A DNA stretch of 64,000 nt from an uncultured Methanosarcinales archaeon (GCA_964441565.1 CAYTWW010000004.1:35407-99406), one strand, 5' to 3'; counted from the first letter of the stretch, positions 1 to 10,636 are shown. The notes: a model not told the origin generated them from the letters alone. Program-made: numbers and translations.

Positions 1-1879
1 GTATCTCCATCTTCCTGTCGTCTACTTTCGCAGATTCCACTTCTGGCAGGCTTTCAAGCTCCTTTCGGAGGACCCAAAGCTCCTGCTCAGTGAAGCAACT
101 GTCCTCAAGGCAGATGAAGACTATCCTTTCCTTGGAAGTGTCTGCGATGCTGTATATGGAGAGAAGAAGCTCCTTATAGGATCTGGTCCACTTCACATAT
201 TCCAACCTATCTATCATGATGACATCATATCCCTCAGGGATGGATTGAAGGGTCTCGAGAGACAGAGGAAGAAAGCTATGAGGGAATCCCAACTGTCTCT
301 CTTTCCTGCCAATATGCAGTATCTTCTTCCCTTCCTGCCAGTACTGGCTAAGAAGAGAGATTATCTTAGGCTCTTGATGAGGACTGTAGCTGTAGCAGGA
401 ACCCTGGGTTATCCTGCCGAGTGCGCTTCTCATAGATGTCACATCTGTGCCGATGATGAGCAGTTGAGGATTGCTGCTGTTCTTGTTTATGCGGCTGCAG
501 CTGAACACGATGTCCTTGCATCCATGCCTATTGCATAATTGGTTCTCGAAGACCCTGGATTCCCTGCCTTCGCATACCTGCCGGAGGATCGATATGAAGC
601 AGGCAAGTGTCTCGGGCAGGTTGTCCGAGAAGATGTTCCGGTATAGCATCGACCTCCTAGAGACGCCTGTGACATTGGCGATGGTATCATTCCACAAGAG
701 TATGTTTCCCAGCGAGTCAAGGCACACGATGACCTCTGAGGCACCGTCAATAAGATTCTCCAGCTGCTCTTTGGCAGACTGCAGCTCGTCTTCTATCAGT
801 TTGCGCCTTGTTATGTCTCTGACTGCAAGGATCATCGTCTCTGTGCCTGCCACACTCATCCTGCTTGTCGTCGCCTCGATAGGGAAGACCGACCCGTCCT
901 TCTTCCGGTGCAGCCTGAAGGGGATTGTCATGCTATGGTACTCGACAATCTTCTGGGACTTCTCAGGTTCAGCAGACAGATCAGTCAGCATCATCTCGGA
1001 GAATTCAGATGCCTCATATCCGTAGAGGTCGCAGGCGGCGTTGTTGGATTCTATTATCCGTAATGTCACAGGATCTATCAGGAACACTGCGTCTGAAAGG
1101 AAGTCATATAGCGTCCTATACCTTCTCCCGCTCTCGATTATCTCATCTTCAGCCTTCTTCCTCTTGTCAATATCTATGCAGGTGCCGATGAATCCTTCGA
1201 AATCCCCCTCGGAATCAAAGATCGGAAGTCCTGATTCGCTTATCCATCTGTATGTCCCATCATGATGCCTGAGACGGTACTCCATCTCATAAGGTTGCTC
1301 CCGAGCCACATTCTCATCGAATAGCTGGCATGTCTGCTGCAGATCGTCCGGGTGAATGTCATCTTTCCAACCATCACCTATCTGTTCCTCCAGCTTCCTG
1401 CCTGTGAAGTCAAGCCATGACTTGTTGAAGTAATCAATATGACCCTTCTTATCGGATTTCCAGATAGGGATCATCACCTCATCCAGGATCCTCATATAGA
1501 AGTCCCTTGAACGTACCAGGATGCTCTCGCGTTGTCTCAGTTCTGTAAGGTCGTTGATAGTGACCATGACAGTCGATGCGCTTATTGGTATAAAAGTCAA
1601 GTGAAGGCTTCTGTCTCCTACCTTCTGCTCAGCTGACATGCTGGTCCCAGAGATCTTGACTGCTCTTAGCTTGTCGATAAGAGAAGAAGCGAGCTCGTGC
1701 GTGAGGAACTTGTCAAGAGAAAGTCCTGCTTCTGCCCTTCGGATGCCAAGAAGCCTAATAGCGCTCTTGTTCACGAAAGAGCACACGCTATCGAATGTAA
1801 GTACGAGTATCCCATTGTTGCTTGACTCAGCAAGCTCAGTCAAGGAAGATACACCGTTCTCATCCAGGGATGCCAGACA
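1..1879 (-). CDS. Multi-PAS-domain sensor protein, partial (C-terminus runs off the left window edge)
   Basis: Manual translation of the minus strand gives one continuous frame from ATG at 1879 to position 1 with no stop. There are at least three PAS-like blocks with typical signatures (…FDENVAREQPYEMEYRLRHHDGTYRWISESGLPIFDSEGDFEGFIGTCIDI…; …KDGSVFPIEATTSRMSVAGTETMILAVRDITRRKLIEDELQ…; …VIVCLDSLGNILLWNDTIANVTGVSRRSMLYRNIF…). The + strand ORFs listed for 245-1265 and 1638-1901 are out-of-frame overlaps of this gene. A TATATA box at ~1903-1912 lies ~25 nt upstream on the minus strand. Confidence 0.75.
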
Positions 1880-1885
1880 TTCGAC

Positions 1886-1915
1886 GTTTATAAAAATATA
1901 GATACGCAAACAATT
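1886..1915. promoter_or_regulatory. Divergent AT-rich promoter region (TTTATAAAAATATA / TATATA boxes) between PAS sensor gene (-) and GT4 gene (+)
   Basis: 60-bp intergenic spacer holding two TATA-like elements. Archaeal BRE/TATA typically sits ~25-30 bp upstream of leaderless starts. Confidence 0.35.
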
Positions 1916-1939
1916 ATATACTTGGGCGCCAGAGTCCAG

Positions 1940-3133
1940 ATGATGCTAAGGCTTGCATTCCTCGCACCTGAATTCATCCCTGCATGGGGCGGTGTCGGCG
2001 CATATTCAGAGGAGCTTGTCCGCTCCCTGTCAAAGAGGGGAGACATCGAGATCCATGTCCTCACTCCGAGCAGGGGGGCACAGTTCGATCCAAAGGCTGT
2101 CGAAGCGAACTTCGGAGGGAGGATAAAGGTGCATGCCATCTCCAAAGCCTCTGACACTTTCTTTTATAATTTCCATTTCCAGCGAGCAGTCCTCCGCGAG
2201 CTGCCACGCCTCCACAAGCTGCACTCCTTTGATCTGATCCATTCAGCGAATCTTGTGCAGATGCCTGACATCTTCCAGAAACTTTTCCGCAGGCTCGATA
2301 TACCTACTGTCTGCACAATACACTCGACGATCCAGAGCCAGGTGAGGGCAAGCCTGGACTCTTCGAAGAAGCTGTGGAAGATGGGTCCTTCAGAATATCT
2401 CAGCCTGATGCTCTACCCGGTGATAAGCACACTGCAATCTGCATATGTCAGGAGGACGACCAGGTTCATAACAGTATCGAGGAAGATGGCAATAAGCCTT
2501 GAGAAGCAGCTTGGTGTCCATCCCATAACTCCCGTCCATAACGGTGTTGACCTCGACCTCTTCAGAAAGCATAAAGGAGGATTCCCAGATGTCAGTGCAG
2601 CAGCAGGCAAAAGGCCTGTGATCCTCTACTCCGGCCGTCTGGTCTCACAGAAAGGTCTCTCCCTCTTTGTCAGGCTCATGGAAGAGCTTGATGCTTTCTT
2701 TGTCATCGCTGGCTCTGGCGAGCCCGATGTCATCCTCAGGCAGCTCAGGAATATTCCGATAGAGAAATATATGTTCCTCGGCCATGTCGACAGGAAGGAG
2801 CTTCCCGGCCTCTATGGCACATCAGACATCTTCGTCCTCCCATCCTACAGCGAGAATCTTCCTATGAGCATCCTGGAATCCATGGCCATGGGATGCTCTG
2901 TGGTCTCTACAGATGTTGGAGCAGTCGATGAGATGGTGGAGCATGGAAAGACAGGACTGTTGTGCAGACCAGGAGACTACACAGGACTCAAGCATGAAGT
3001 GGCATCGCTAATAGAGGACCCAAGGAAAAGGAAGTCTCTTGCTGAAGCTGCGCTGAAGAAGGTAAGGAAAGAGTTCAATTCCGATAGGATGGCAGATAAG
3101 ACCTTAGATGTCTACAAGGAGGTCATCAGATGA
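1940..3133 (+). CDS. Glycosyltransferase family 4 (GT-B, RfaB/WcaL-like)
   Basis: ORF track 1922..3133 uses a TTG. The likely ATG is at 1940 (MMLRLAFLAPEF). C-terminal GT4 signature …SYSENLPMSILESMAMGCSVVSTDVGAVDEMVEHGKTGLL…. Confidence 0.8.
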   Translation: MMLRLAFLAPEFIPAWGGVGAYSEELVRSLSKRGDIEIHVLTPSRGAQFDPKAVEANFGGRIKVHAISKASDTFFYNFHFQRAVLRELPRLHKLHSFDLIHSANLVQMPDIFQKLFRRLDIPTVCTIHSTIQSQVRASLDSSKKLWKMGPSEYLSLMLYPVISTLQSAYVRRTTRFITVSRKMAISLEKQLGVHPITPVHNGVDLDLFRKHKGGFPDVSAAAGKRPVILYSGRLVSQKGLSLFVRLMEELDAFFVIAGSGEPDVILRQLRNIPIEKYMFLGHVDRKELPGLYGTSDIFVLPSYSENLPMSILESMAMGCSVVSTDVGAVDEMVEHGKTGLLCRPGDYTGLKHEVASLIEDPRKRKSLAEAALKKVRKEFNSDRMADKTLDVYKEVIR

Positions 3134-3158
3134 TGACAGGTCAGGTGGGGAGTCTGCC

Positions 3159-4214
3159 ATGAGGATACTCTTTGTCGCTGCTCATATCGGCAAAGGTGGT
3201 GGCCAGGCTGTGCAGGCTGCCCGCATCATCTCTGAGATAAGGAAGAAAGGCCATTCCTGCCTGCTCCTGGCACTATCCACAAAAGAGAAGCTTGTCCAGG
3301 AGCCTTGCAAGACAATATATGCAGGAAGGCTGTCATTCCCTCGCGGCGTCCTTCAGCTCAGAAGCGAGATACTCAAGCAAAGATTCGATGTTGTCCAGTG
3401 CTTCGATCCCTTCTTCTCTCTTCCTGCCGCCTATCTTGCAGGTGCTCAGCCGAGGGTCCTGAGGATAGGGATGAATCCGGTCAAGGAGTTCAGCCAGAGG
3501 AGGATGCCTATCCACGAGGTGATCTTCTCAACACTCTTCCCGACGCTGCTCAAGGACACAAAGGTAGTTGTCAATTCTGAGGCTCTGGCTGATGATTATC
3601 TGGAGCACGATCCCTGGATCATCCGTAATGGCTTCAGCATCACGAAGACGATGAAAAAGCACAGCCAGGCAGAGAAGATAAGGCTCCTCTATTCAGGCAA
3701 GGTCATACCGAGGAAGAACCTGGAAGTTGTCTTCGAAGCCATAAGAGGCCTTCCAGTCAGCTTCATCATACTCGGCAATATCAATGAGGAGCATTACGGC
3801 AATCATTACTACGAACACCTGAGAAAGAGATACAAGGGAGGAGACTTCACATTCCTTGGCGAGAAGCCAAGCTCTGAAGTGGAATCAGAGTTACTGGAAG
3901 CAGATGCATTTGTCAATCCGTCTCTCCTGGAAGGAAGCCCGAACTCTGTCATAGAGGCGATGATAGCAGGCCTGCCGGTCCTCTGCTCAGACATCCCTGA
4001 GCACAGGGAGATAATGAGTCCTGAGAGAGGTATATTCTTCAAGGATGCAGAAGGACTGAGGCAAGGGATAAGGAAGCTGGCTGATCCGCATCTCAGGGAG
4101 AGGATGGGCAGTGCCGGAAGGAGATATGCTGAAGAACATCATGACATCGCCAGGAAGGCAGATGAATACCTGATGCTCTATGAATCGATACGGAACGAAG
4201 GGGGAGGAAGATGA
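3159..4214 (+). CDS. Glycosyltransferase family 4
   Basis: Internal start MRILFVAAHIGKGGGQA preceded by GGTGGGGAG RBS. C-terminal GT4 motif …PSLLEGSPNSVIEAMIAGLPVLCSDIP…. The stop overlaps the next start (ATGA). Confidence 0.8.
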   Translation: MRILFVAAHIGKGGGQAVQAARIISEIRKKGHSCLLLALSTKEKLVQEPCKTIYAGRLSFPRGVLQLRSEILKQRFDVVQCFDPFFSLPAAYLAGAQPRVLRIGMNPVKEFSQRRMPIHEVIFSTLFPTLLKDTKVVVNSEALADDYLEHDPWIIRNGFSITKTMKKHSQAEKIRLLYSGKVIPRKNLEVVFEAIRGLPVSFIILGNINEEHYGNHYYEHLRKRYKGGDFTFLGEKPSSEVESELLEADAFVNPSLLEGSPNSVIEAMIAGLPVLCSDIPEHREIMSPERGIFFKDAEGLRQGIRKLADPHLRERMGSAGRRYAEEHHDIARKADEYLMLYESIRNEGGGR

Positions 4215-5212
4215 AGATCCTCATCGTGACCCTTGGCATCCCTCCCTTTGTAGGAGGGGCAGAGAATGTTGCTTGGGACCTCGCCCACCATCTGAAAGAC
4301 CAGGCAGAGATCGCGCTCCTTTGCGGAGGAGATCTTGACAAGATCCAGATGATCGACGGCATGAAGGTCATCATGGTGAAGAGAAGATTTCCCTACACGC
4401 TTCATTTCGAACTCCTTAGGAAGCGACTGGAGGAGGTCGCTTCAGGCTTCGATGTCGTGAATGTGCATGGCACCCTTCCTTTCGGATACGCGCTCAGGAA
4501 GGCGAAAGCTAAGAAGATAATCACCTGCCATGGCATGGAAAGGGAGGACTGGAGCATGGAAGGCATATTCAACAGCCTCTTCATACCTGCTGCTATTCGG
4601 GCAGCTGATGCAGTGACAGCCCCTGGAAAAGGTTTCTCTCAATATCTCCAGAAGAGATACAGGATACCTGTCAGGACGATCCCGAATGGTATCGACCTGA
4701 AGCTTTTCCAGGATCTTGGCAAGAAGAGGGAGCCTAAGAGTGTGCTCTTCGCAGGAAGGTTCGCGAAGATCAAAGGCATTGCGATGCTCAGGCAGGTTGC
4801 CGGGCTTATGCCAGACCATAATTTCACATGCATCGGGGAGGGACCTCTCGCAGACATGCTGTTTGCAAACAACATCACCATCCTGCCAAAGATGGACAGG
4901 AAGCAGCTTGTCCAGGAATATAATAAGCATGAGTCCTGCCTTTTCCCTTCTGTCTCAGAGAATTTCCCGCTAGCTGCACTTGAGGCGAAAGCATGCGGCT
5001 GCCGAGTTGTCGCATCAGGAGCATTCGCAGATGTGCTTGAGGATGGTGTCGATGGGCTGATCGTCAGCAGGTACGAAGCCACGGAATTCAGGGACGCCAT
5101 AAAAAGGGCAAGGAAGATGACAGGCCTCCCTATGAAAGCAAGATCATCTGTAAAGAGATTCGGGTGGGAAGAAGTGTCAGGAGAATATCTCAGGTTGTTC
5201 TCTAGTGTCTGA
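4211..5212 (+). CDS. Glycosyltransferase family 4
   Basis: MKILIVTLGIPPFVGGAENVAWDLA… N-terminal GT-B domain. C-terminal …FPSVSENFPLAALEAKACGCRVVAS… EX7E-like motif. Confidence 0.8.
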   Translation: MKILIVTLGIPPFVGGAENVAWDLAHHLKDQAEIALLCGGDLDKIQMIDGMKVIMVKRRFPYTLHFELLRKRLEEVASGFDVVNVHGTLPFGYALRKAKAKKIITCHGMEREDWSMEGIFNSLFIPAAIRAADAVTAPGKGFSQYLQKRYRIPVRTIPNGIDLKLFQDLGKKREPKSVLFAGRFAKIKGIAMLRQVAGLMPDHNFTCIGEGPLADMLFANNITILPKMDRKQLVQEYNKHESCLFPSVSENFPLAALEAKACGCRVVASGAFADVLEDGVDGLIVSRYEATEFRDAIKRARKMTGLPMKARSSVKRFGWEEVSGEYLRLFSSV

Positions 5213-6281
5213 GCCGTGCCTTTATTTTCTCTCTTGTTTCCATGATCCTATTGTACAGCGGCCTGTTCCCCCTCAGTTTCTGTATCGCTCTCTTGCGGAT
5301 ATGATGGATATGCTTCGCCAGGCCTGTGAAGACCTCAAGCTCATAGTTTGCAGAAGAATGGTTGCTGTATTCTGACTTGTAAGACTGATCTCCCCGAGTG
5401 AAGTCGAAGCATGTGATGCCTTCATCGATAGCATGCCTGATTATCGACAGCGTATTAGCATTCCCTGGGGAGACACGGCTGAACTCCTTGTCATATGTTA
5501 TCGTATAGCTGTAATATGTCCGGTCATAGATATAGATGACTTCTGATGCGATTATCCTATCCTTTTCAAATACTGTGAACAGCTGCATCATCCCTTTCTT
5601 CCAGAGCGAGAGGTAGAGTTCATGGAAGAATCTCTTATGCTTCGGGTCTGCGAAATAGCTTGGGCTTGCAGTGTTCTCCCATCTTTGGATGTGGAACCTT
5701 GCGAGGCTTGAGAAAGCATCCTCGAATCCTCTCTCATCGATCGCTTTGCTGAACCTGAAATCAGGCGATCTCATGAACATCTTGAGCTTGCGTCTCTGCT
5801 TGAATACAGCATGCTCCATCTTCTCAAAATCCTGTGTGGCATCAGGTCCTATCATGAACTGGAACGTGTCTGCGATATGCGAGATGAGTCCGATGCCATT
5901 CTCCTGGCAATAGGAAAGAATGCAGGACCCGCCGGGTATCTCCTGCAGGTGCATCCGTCTTCCTCCTATGGCTTTGAATATCTCAGGCAGCACATCCTGC
6001 GTATGGTCCTTGTGGATGATGAAGTCATTGTAGTCAGACAAGGGCGTGCCGAGGAATCTTGTCACTCCTCGCTCGACAAAGAGCGGAGCGATGCCCAGGA
6101 GCTTTCCTCCTTCTCGTACAGTGATGATCTCCAGCTTGCCCTCCATGAACTCCTTTGTCCACGCGAGTATCCAATCAGATGTCTGGAAGAATGTCCTGGT
6201 GGAAGAAGAATGCATGAGTCCATCCCACTCAGGCCTCAGGTCCTCCATCCCTGCCAAGCTTGTGACTATCTTGATTTCCAT
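5202..6281 (-). CDS. GNAT-fold acyltransferase of the FemAB/CelD (BioF2-like, Acetyltransf_6) type, putative glycan-modifying enzyme
   Basis: 359 aa. Overall architecture and size are consistent with CelD/FemAB-like proteins in polysaccharide loci. No catalytic motif verified. Confidence 0.45.
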   Translation of the reverse strand: MEIKIVTSLAGMEDLRPEWDGLMHSSSTRTFFQTSDWILAWTKEFMEGKLEIITVREGGKLLGIAPLFVERGVTRFLGTPLSDYNDFIIHKDHTQDVLPEIFKAIGGRRMHLQEIPGGSCILSYCQENGIGLISHIADTFQFMIGPDATQDFEKMEHAVFKQRRKLKMFMRSPDFRFSKAIDERGFEDAFSSLARFHIQRWENTASPSYFADPKHKRFFHELYLSLWKKGMMQLFTVFEKDRIIASEVIYIYDRTYYSYTITYDKEFSRVSPGNANTLSIIRHAIDEGITCFDFTRGDQSYKSEYSNHSSANYELEVFTGLAKHIHHIRKRAIQKLRGNRPLYNRIMETREKIKARLRH

Positions 6282-7222
6282 CTGAACCTCTCCAGGAAAA
6301 CATCTATGCCAGCGAGCTTAGCAGGCATGTCTTGAGGAGATTCATCGCCAGCCACATACACTCGCGGGATCATCATCCTATCACATTCGGTTGTCACGAA
6401 TCCTATCCTTGTTGTGAAAGCTGCTTCATATCCTGCCTTTTTCGCTGATACAGCTGTCTCCCTGACAAAGCCTCCGTCAGGATACGCCAAACTCCTGCAA
6501 GAACTAAGCCTCCTGGCAATGGTCTTGCGTGACAAGACCAGCTCTTCGCTTGCCACATCTGCTTCTTCATTGGGGAGGATGACGTGTGTCATGGTGTGCG
6601 ACCCATAGGAGAACACATCCTGGCATGCCTTCAGGTCCTTCCAGTCCATGAAGACCTTGCTCCTGGGAGTCTCTCGCGAGAAAAAGCTGAGGATGGAATC
6701 TATCTCACTTCTTCTGAGCTTTTTTAGTATCCTCCTGGCTTCTGCAATGCGATTGAAGCTGAGAGTGCCCTTGCTTGTCTTGATGGATCTATGCTTCTTC
6801 AGAGCATAATGCAGTATATCCCACCATGGCATCGCATCAGGACTATCCGCGAACCTGGGTACTATGAACACAGTCCCAGGTATCCCAAGCTCTTTCATCA
6901 CAGGATAGGCATTCTCCTTCAGATCAAGATAACCATCATCGAATGTCACGAGCACGCTTCTAGGAGGGAAAGGCTTCTCTGCCTTCAAATGGAGGAGGAA
7001 TCTGTCCATGCTCAGCACATCAAAATCCTTCAGGATCCCCATATGTTTCCTGAAGAGTCCTGGATCGACGCGGAGCGTCGGGTCTCCGATGCCAGGACTG
7101 CCTACCCTATGGTACATGAGGACTATCACCTTGCCTTCATTCTTCTTATAGAGGGCAGGGAGGAACGCAGAGATCATCCGTGAAGCGATCTTCTTGACAG
7201 CAGTTGTCATAGTCCTTTGCAC
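6266..7222 (-). CDS. Polysaccharide deacetylase (NodB homology domain, CE4)
   Basis: …RSVLVTFDDGYLDLKENAYPVMKELGIPGTVFIV… carries the canonical TFDDG motif of CE4 deacetylases. Confidence 0.75.
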   Translation of the reverse strand: MQRTMTTAVKKIASRMISAFLPALYKKNEGKVIVLMYHRVGSPGIGDPTLRVDPGLFRKHMGILKDFDVLSMDRFLLHLKAEKPFPPRSVLVTFDDGYLDLKENAYPVMKELGIPGTVFIVPRFADSPDAMPWWDILHYALKKHRSIKTSKGTLSFNRIAEARRILKKLRRSEIDSILSFFSRETPRSKVFMDWKDLKACQDVFSYGSHTMTHVILPNEEADVASEELVLSRKTIARRLSSCRSLAYPDGGFVRETAVSAKKAGYEAAFTTRIGFVTTECDRMMIPRVYVAGDESPQDMPAKLAGIDVFLERFRWKSR

Positions 7223-8010
7223 TTGCGGCAGATGTCGTTTGTGTACACCCCTTTCCGCAGCTCCTTCCTGAGGGTCTTGAATCTCTCACTGTTCCAGATG
7301 CTGACAATATCCTCATCCATGACGTTACCCAGCTTCACAGAGCTGAAATAGTCATTAGAGCACAGGATGACGTTTCCATCGACATCGATGAAGAGCGAGT
7401 TGAGATCGCAATTCGCAGAGAACTTCACCTTCTTCGGCTTCACCAGCCCCCCCCTGTTCGACAGCTCGCAGTCATCGTTGACGATGCGGTAGTCGATCCT
7501 CTGGGCTTCCCTCTTATCAAGGCTTCTCAGGAACTCTGACATTGCCTTTGGCATCTCCTTGTCATATTGGGAGATTATGAACTTGTCCATGCCGGCCTTT
7601 ACAAGCGAATCGAACCTCTCCCTGTCAAGGAGGTCGCCATTGGTATAGATGACTATCGTCGCTCCTGGAAGGGAATCATGGATGATCCTCGTTATCTCCT
7701 CAAGCCTCTTGTCAAGCAGCGGCTCTCCATAGAGATGTGGTGAGATCCAGCCGCTGTACCTTATCTGCTTCAGGTCTGCGGCCAGTTTCTCGACGACAGC
7801 CATCTTCATGAGCTGGTGCTTCTTCGGACTTGTGCTCACAGGGCAGAAATGGCATCTGCGGTTGCATGTGGTTATCGTCTGGAACTCGATGAATGAGAAG
7901 AAATCTGCAGTATGATACCTGATGATGTTGTTGAGACTGAAGTATGCCTTCTGGGCAAGCCTTGATTTGCCAAAGACCGCCTGGCCGATGCTGTAGATAC
8001 GTCCTGCCAT
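7207..8010 (-). CDS. Radical SAM / SPASM-domain protein
   Basis: CxxxCxxC cluster (TTCNRRCHFCPVS) near the N-terminus and a C-terminal Cys pair (…NDICRKCKGL). The size (~267 aa) and GDL motif are typical of the small rSAM/SPASM enzymes found in archaeal glycosylation loci. Confidence 0.7.
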   Translation of the reverse strand: MAGRIYSIGQAVFGKSRLAQKAYFSLNNIIRYHTADFFSFIEFQTITTCNRRCHFCPVSTSPKKHQLMKMAVVEKLAADLKQIRYSGWISPHLYGEPLLDKRLEEITRIIHDSLPGATIVIYTNGDLLDRERFDSLVKAGMDKFIISQYDKEMPKAMSEFLRSLDKREAQRIDYRIVNDDCELSNRGGLVKPKKVKFSANCDLNSLFIDVDGNVILCSNDYFSSVKLGNVMDEDIVSIWNSERFKTLRKELRKGVYTNDICRKCKGL

Positions 8011-8070
8011 CCTGTTTAATGTCTTCCCTGCTGCTATAAATATTTTCCCTTAGCGCGTACTGAGAGAATC

Positions 8071-10155
8071 CTAGACAGGGAAGTTCCTGTTATAGTATAT
8101 CATCATCTGCCCATTCGTGTAGATGAGATCAAGATCATCTGAACCTGAGAACTTGTCAAGCTTCTCATCTGGCAGGGGTTCGCCATATGAGAAGCTCGGA
8201 TAGATCTTCGTGTGGCTGTTGATGGCGAAGTAGCTTATCCCTGCCTGGTCCTTGGTATGCCTGTAGATTCCGAAATCAATATCTTCCTTCTGCAGCATCC
8301 AGCCAAGGTCTGAGGAGTTGGCCAGATAGAATTGCGACACCCAGAAGTCTGTCGTAACGTCGAAGCGGAATCTTGATGAATAGATGTCGAACACAGTCGT
8401 GTCTCCGAACAACCTCCGTGTCCTGGCGTTGGCATCCAGCCATCTGCCTGCCTCCACCAGCTCGACTGTATAGGTGCTTGCGCTCTCAAGAGGCAGGACC
8501 TCCCCTGCCTCCCTGTTGATGCCTGTCCCAAGGCCCAGGAATATGCCGCCTATGAAAAAGATGAGCGAGAGACCTGCAAGGGTCAGGAGAGGGAGGAGAT
8601 TCCTTACCCTCTGCTCGATGAAATGATATCCATATACGATGAAAAGACTTGGTATGAGGGAGAAGAATGGAAGAAACAATTGCACCATGACTGCAAGGCT
8701 GCTTGTCAGGAATACTGCTGTGAATGCATAATATGCGAAAGAAGCAAGAGCGAGGTATGCTATGAAATAATTGAGGTCCTTCTTCCATGACTTTGATGCA
8801 TAGACGGCAAAGCCTGCGAAGCTCGCCAGGACAAACAAGCCCTGCGAGAGGATTATCAGGTAGCGCTCAAAAGGCCTGCTGATATGCACAGATGATGAGA
8901 CTGCTGATTGCTCCAAATCTGCCAGACGGCTGAAGAAGCTCCCGATATTCTCTAAGAAGCCTTTTGCGTAGAGTATATCAGTAGTGAGGAGCACACCTGT
9001 AGCAGCCTCCCACACAAGGAATATTGCAGCGAACACCAGCACCTTCTGCCCCAGATGGAGGAATGACGAGCCTGCTATCGCCTTCTTCTGCTCAGGGAGG
9101 AGCCTGACCAGGATCTCCCTGAAGATATATGCTCCAATGAGTATCCCAAGGAAACCTATGCTTATCGAATGGTTCGAGATCACGATGAATACGGCGAAGA
9201 TATGATACAGATAGGACCAGATCACATCCTTGTCATCCATCTCCTTCATGGCCGCATATATCGCCATCATCAGGAAGAATAAGGAGATGGTCCTCCTGGA
9301 TATGCCAAGCTCAAGCCATTCTGATGTCATCAGGCATATGAATGTCGCAAGAGCTGGAGTGAAGCTTCTTGGCTTGGACATGAAAACAGAGAAGAACGTG
9401 TACAGTATGAACACAGAGGCCACCTTGAAAAGTATGAAGAGGATGTACTTTGAGACGAAGAATGGAGAAAGCCCAGTTACAAGGGCTATCGCTGCGATCA
9501 TGTAGTGGAGGACCGGGGTGTATCCATAGTAGTCCTGGGCGAAGCCTGTCCCGCTCTTCGCATCCAGCCTTCCCTGCTCGATGATCAGTTCTGCCACCTG
9601 GCTCTCGAAATTGACATCCTTCGCCATCTGGTGGACAGCTGGCATGCTGCCCAGGATTATCATGTTGCTGCCAAGAGCAAATATCAGGAGGCAGACCAAC
9701 TTCATATCGCTCTTGACTGAGACAAGGTTCCAGAGCGATACAAGCGAGAAGCCAGCCAAGAAGATCCAGACAGGAAGCGAGAAGCCAAGCGCTGTCTTGA
9801 ATGCGAATGAGAGGAGGATTATTCCTGCGACAAGAGACTGTATCAGGAGCTGCACCAGATCGACTGGCTCAGGCAGCCTGGATCGAGGAAGCTTCCTCAT
9901 AGAGAATATGATGAGGATGCCTATCTCGATAAGTATCAGCAAGAAGAAGGAATTCCTGGAGATCATCCCCTTCCCATCCACCTGGACCACTCCGAGGAGG
10001 AAGAGGACGACGGTATTCATGATGGCAGAAAGCAGGAACCCAAGAGAGATCTTCGAAGGGACATCCAACCCTCTGACAAGCACACTGATGAGAAGATATC
10101 CTGGGACAAGAGTCACGAGAAGCGTCGCCAGGATGACGATCAGAAAATTGATCAT
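8071..10155 (-). CDS. Large polytopic membrane protein (≥12 predicted TM segments plus C-terminal extracellular domain); candidate polymerase/GT-C-like enzyme (DUF2206-like)
   Basis: 694 aa, very hydrophobic N-terminal 550 aa and a soluble C-terminal ~140 aa. No WWDYG motif, so it is not called AglB. Confidence 0.5.
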   Translation of the reverse strand: MINFLIVILATLLVTLVPGYLLISVLVRGLDVPSKISLGFLLSAIMNTVVLFLLGVVQVDGKGMISRNSFFLLILIEIGILIIFSMRKLPRSRLPEPVDLVQLLIQSLVAGIILLSFAFKTALGFSLPVWIFLAGFSLVSLWNLVSVKSDMKLVCLLIFALGSNMIILGSMPAVHQMAKDVNFESQVAELIIEQGRLDAKSGTGFAQDYYGYTPVLHYMIAAIALVTGLSPFFVSKYILFILFKVASVFILYTFFSVFMSKPRSFTPALATFICLMTSEWLELGISRRTISLFFLMMAIYAAMKEMDDKDVIWSYLYHIFAVFIVISNHSISIGFLGILIGAYIFREILVRLLPEQKKAIAGSSFLHLGQKVLVFAAIFLVWEAATGVLLTTDILYAKGFLENIGSFFSRLADLEQSAVSSSVHISRPFERYLIILSQGLFVLASFAGFAVYASKSWKKDLNYFIAYLALASFAYYAFTAVFLTSSLAVMVQLFLPFFSLIPSLFIVYGYHFIEQRVRNLLPLLTLAGLSLIFFIGGIFLGLGTGINREAGEVLPLESASTYTVELVEAGRWLDANARTRRLFGDTTVFDIYSSRFRFDVTTDFWVSQFYLANSSDLGWMLQKEDIDFGIYRHTKDQAGISYFAINSHTKIYPSFSYGEPLPDEKLDKFSGSDDLDLIYTNGQMMIYYNRNFPV

Positions 10156-10547
10156 GGCTCCACCTCGAAATGTATCTCAAGATCGCCGGCGGACACTGAG
10201 ATCCGCTGATGGGAAGATGCAGCAGTGAATCTGGCAGCAAGTATTTGCGAGGCGCCTGGAAGCAAGGAGACTTCCTTCTCATACAACAAGGACTGGCTGC
10301 TCCCGGTGATCTGCATCGCTTTGACATGATAGGATTCCTTTGTCCCTCCTCTGTTGGAGATCATGAAGGCGAATGTCTGCTCTGTCCCTGGAACAGCTGT
10401 CCTTGGGAGGGATGCATGGTCCACAAACGAAAGCTCTGAGAAATCGCTTCCTCTGTCAAGGAGAGTGAACGATACATAGAGTATCGACGTGAGCGCAGAT
10501 ACAAGCAGGATGATGAGTACGCTTGATATGAGCTTTCTCTGCATCAT
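10152..10547 (-). CDS. Small N-terminally membrane-anchored protein (DUF1616-like partner of the upstream large membrane protein)
   Basis: 131 aa with an N-terminal TM (SSVLIILLVSALTSILYVSFTLL). Its stop overlaps the start of the 694-aa gene. Confidence 0.45.
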   Translation of the reverse strand: MMQRKLISSVLIILLVSALTSILYVSFTLLDRGSDFSELSFVDHASLPRTAVPGTEQTFAFMISNRGGTKESYHVKAMQITGSSQSLLYEKEVSLLPGASQILAARFTAASSHQRISVSAGDLEIHFEVEP

Positions 10548-10636
10548 CTCAAGCCTGATTCCTTAACATATAAATATTTCTGATTCACTTCTAATCAATG
10601 ATTAAATTTATATAGTTTTTACCTATCGGAGGAACG

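Noticed and set aside
830-860. Apparent +1 frameshift splitting the PAS sensor gene between two frames (which would have made it a pseudogene)
   Set aside because: It came from my own mis-reading of the line boundaries at 721/781. Re-reading the lines shows a single uninterrupted frame from 1879 to 1, and the cross-check against track ORF coordinates is consistent.
245-1265. Track ORFs on the + strand (245..538, 471..1025, 925..1191, 1041..1265) and 487..750 on the - strand
   Set aside because: All overlap the long minus-strand PAS-domain reading frame. Their translations are low-complexity (Ser/Arg/Cys-rich) with TTG starts. They are treated as shadow ORFs.
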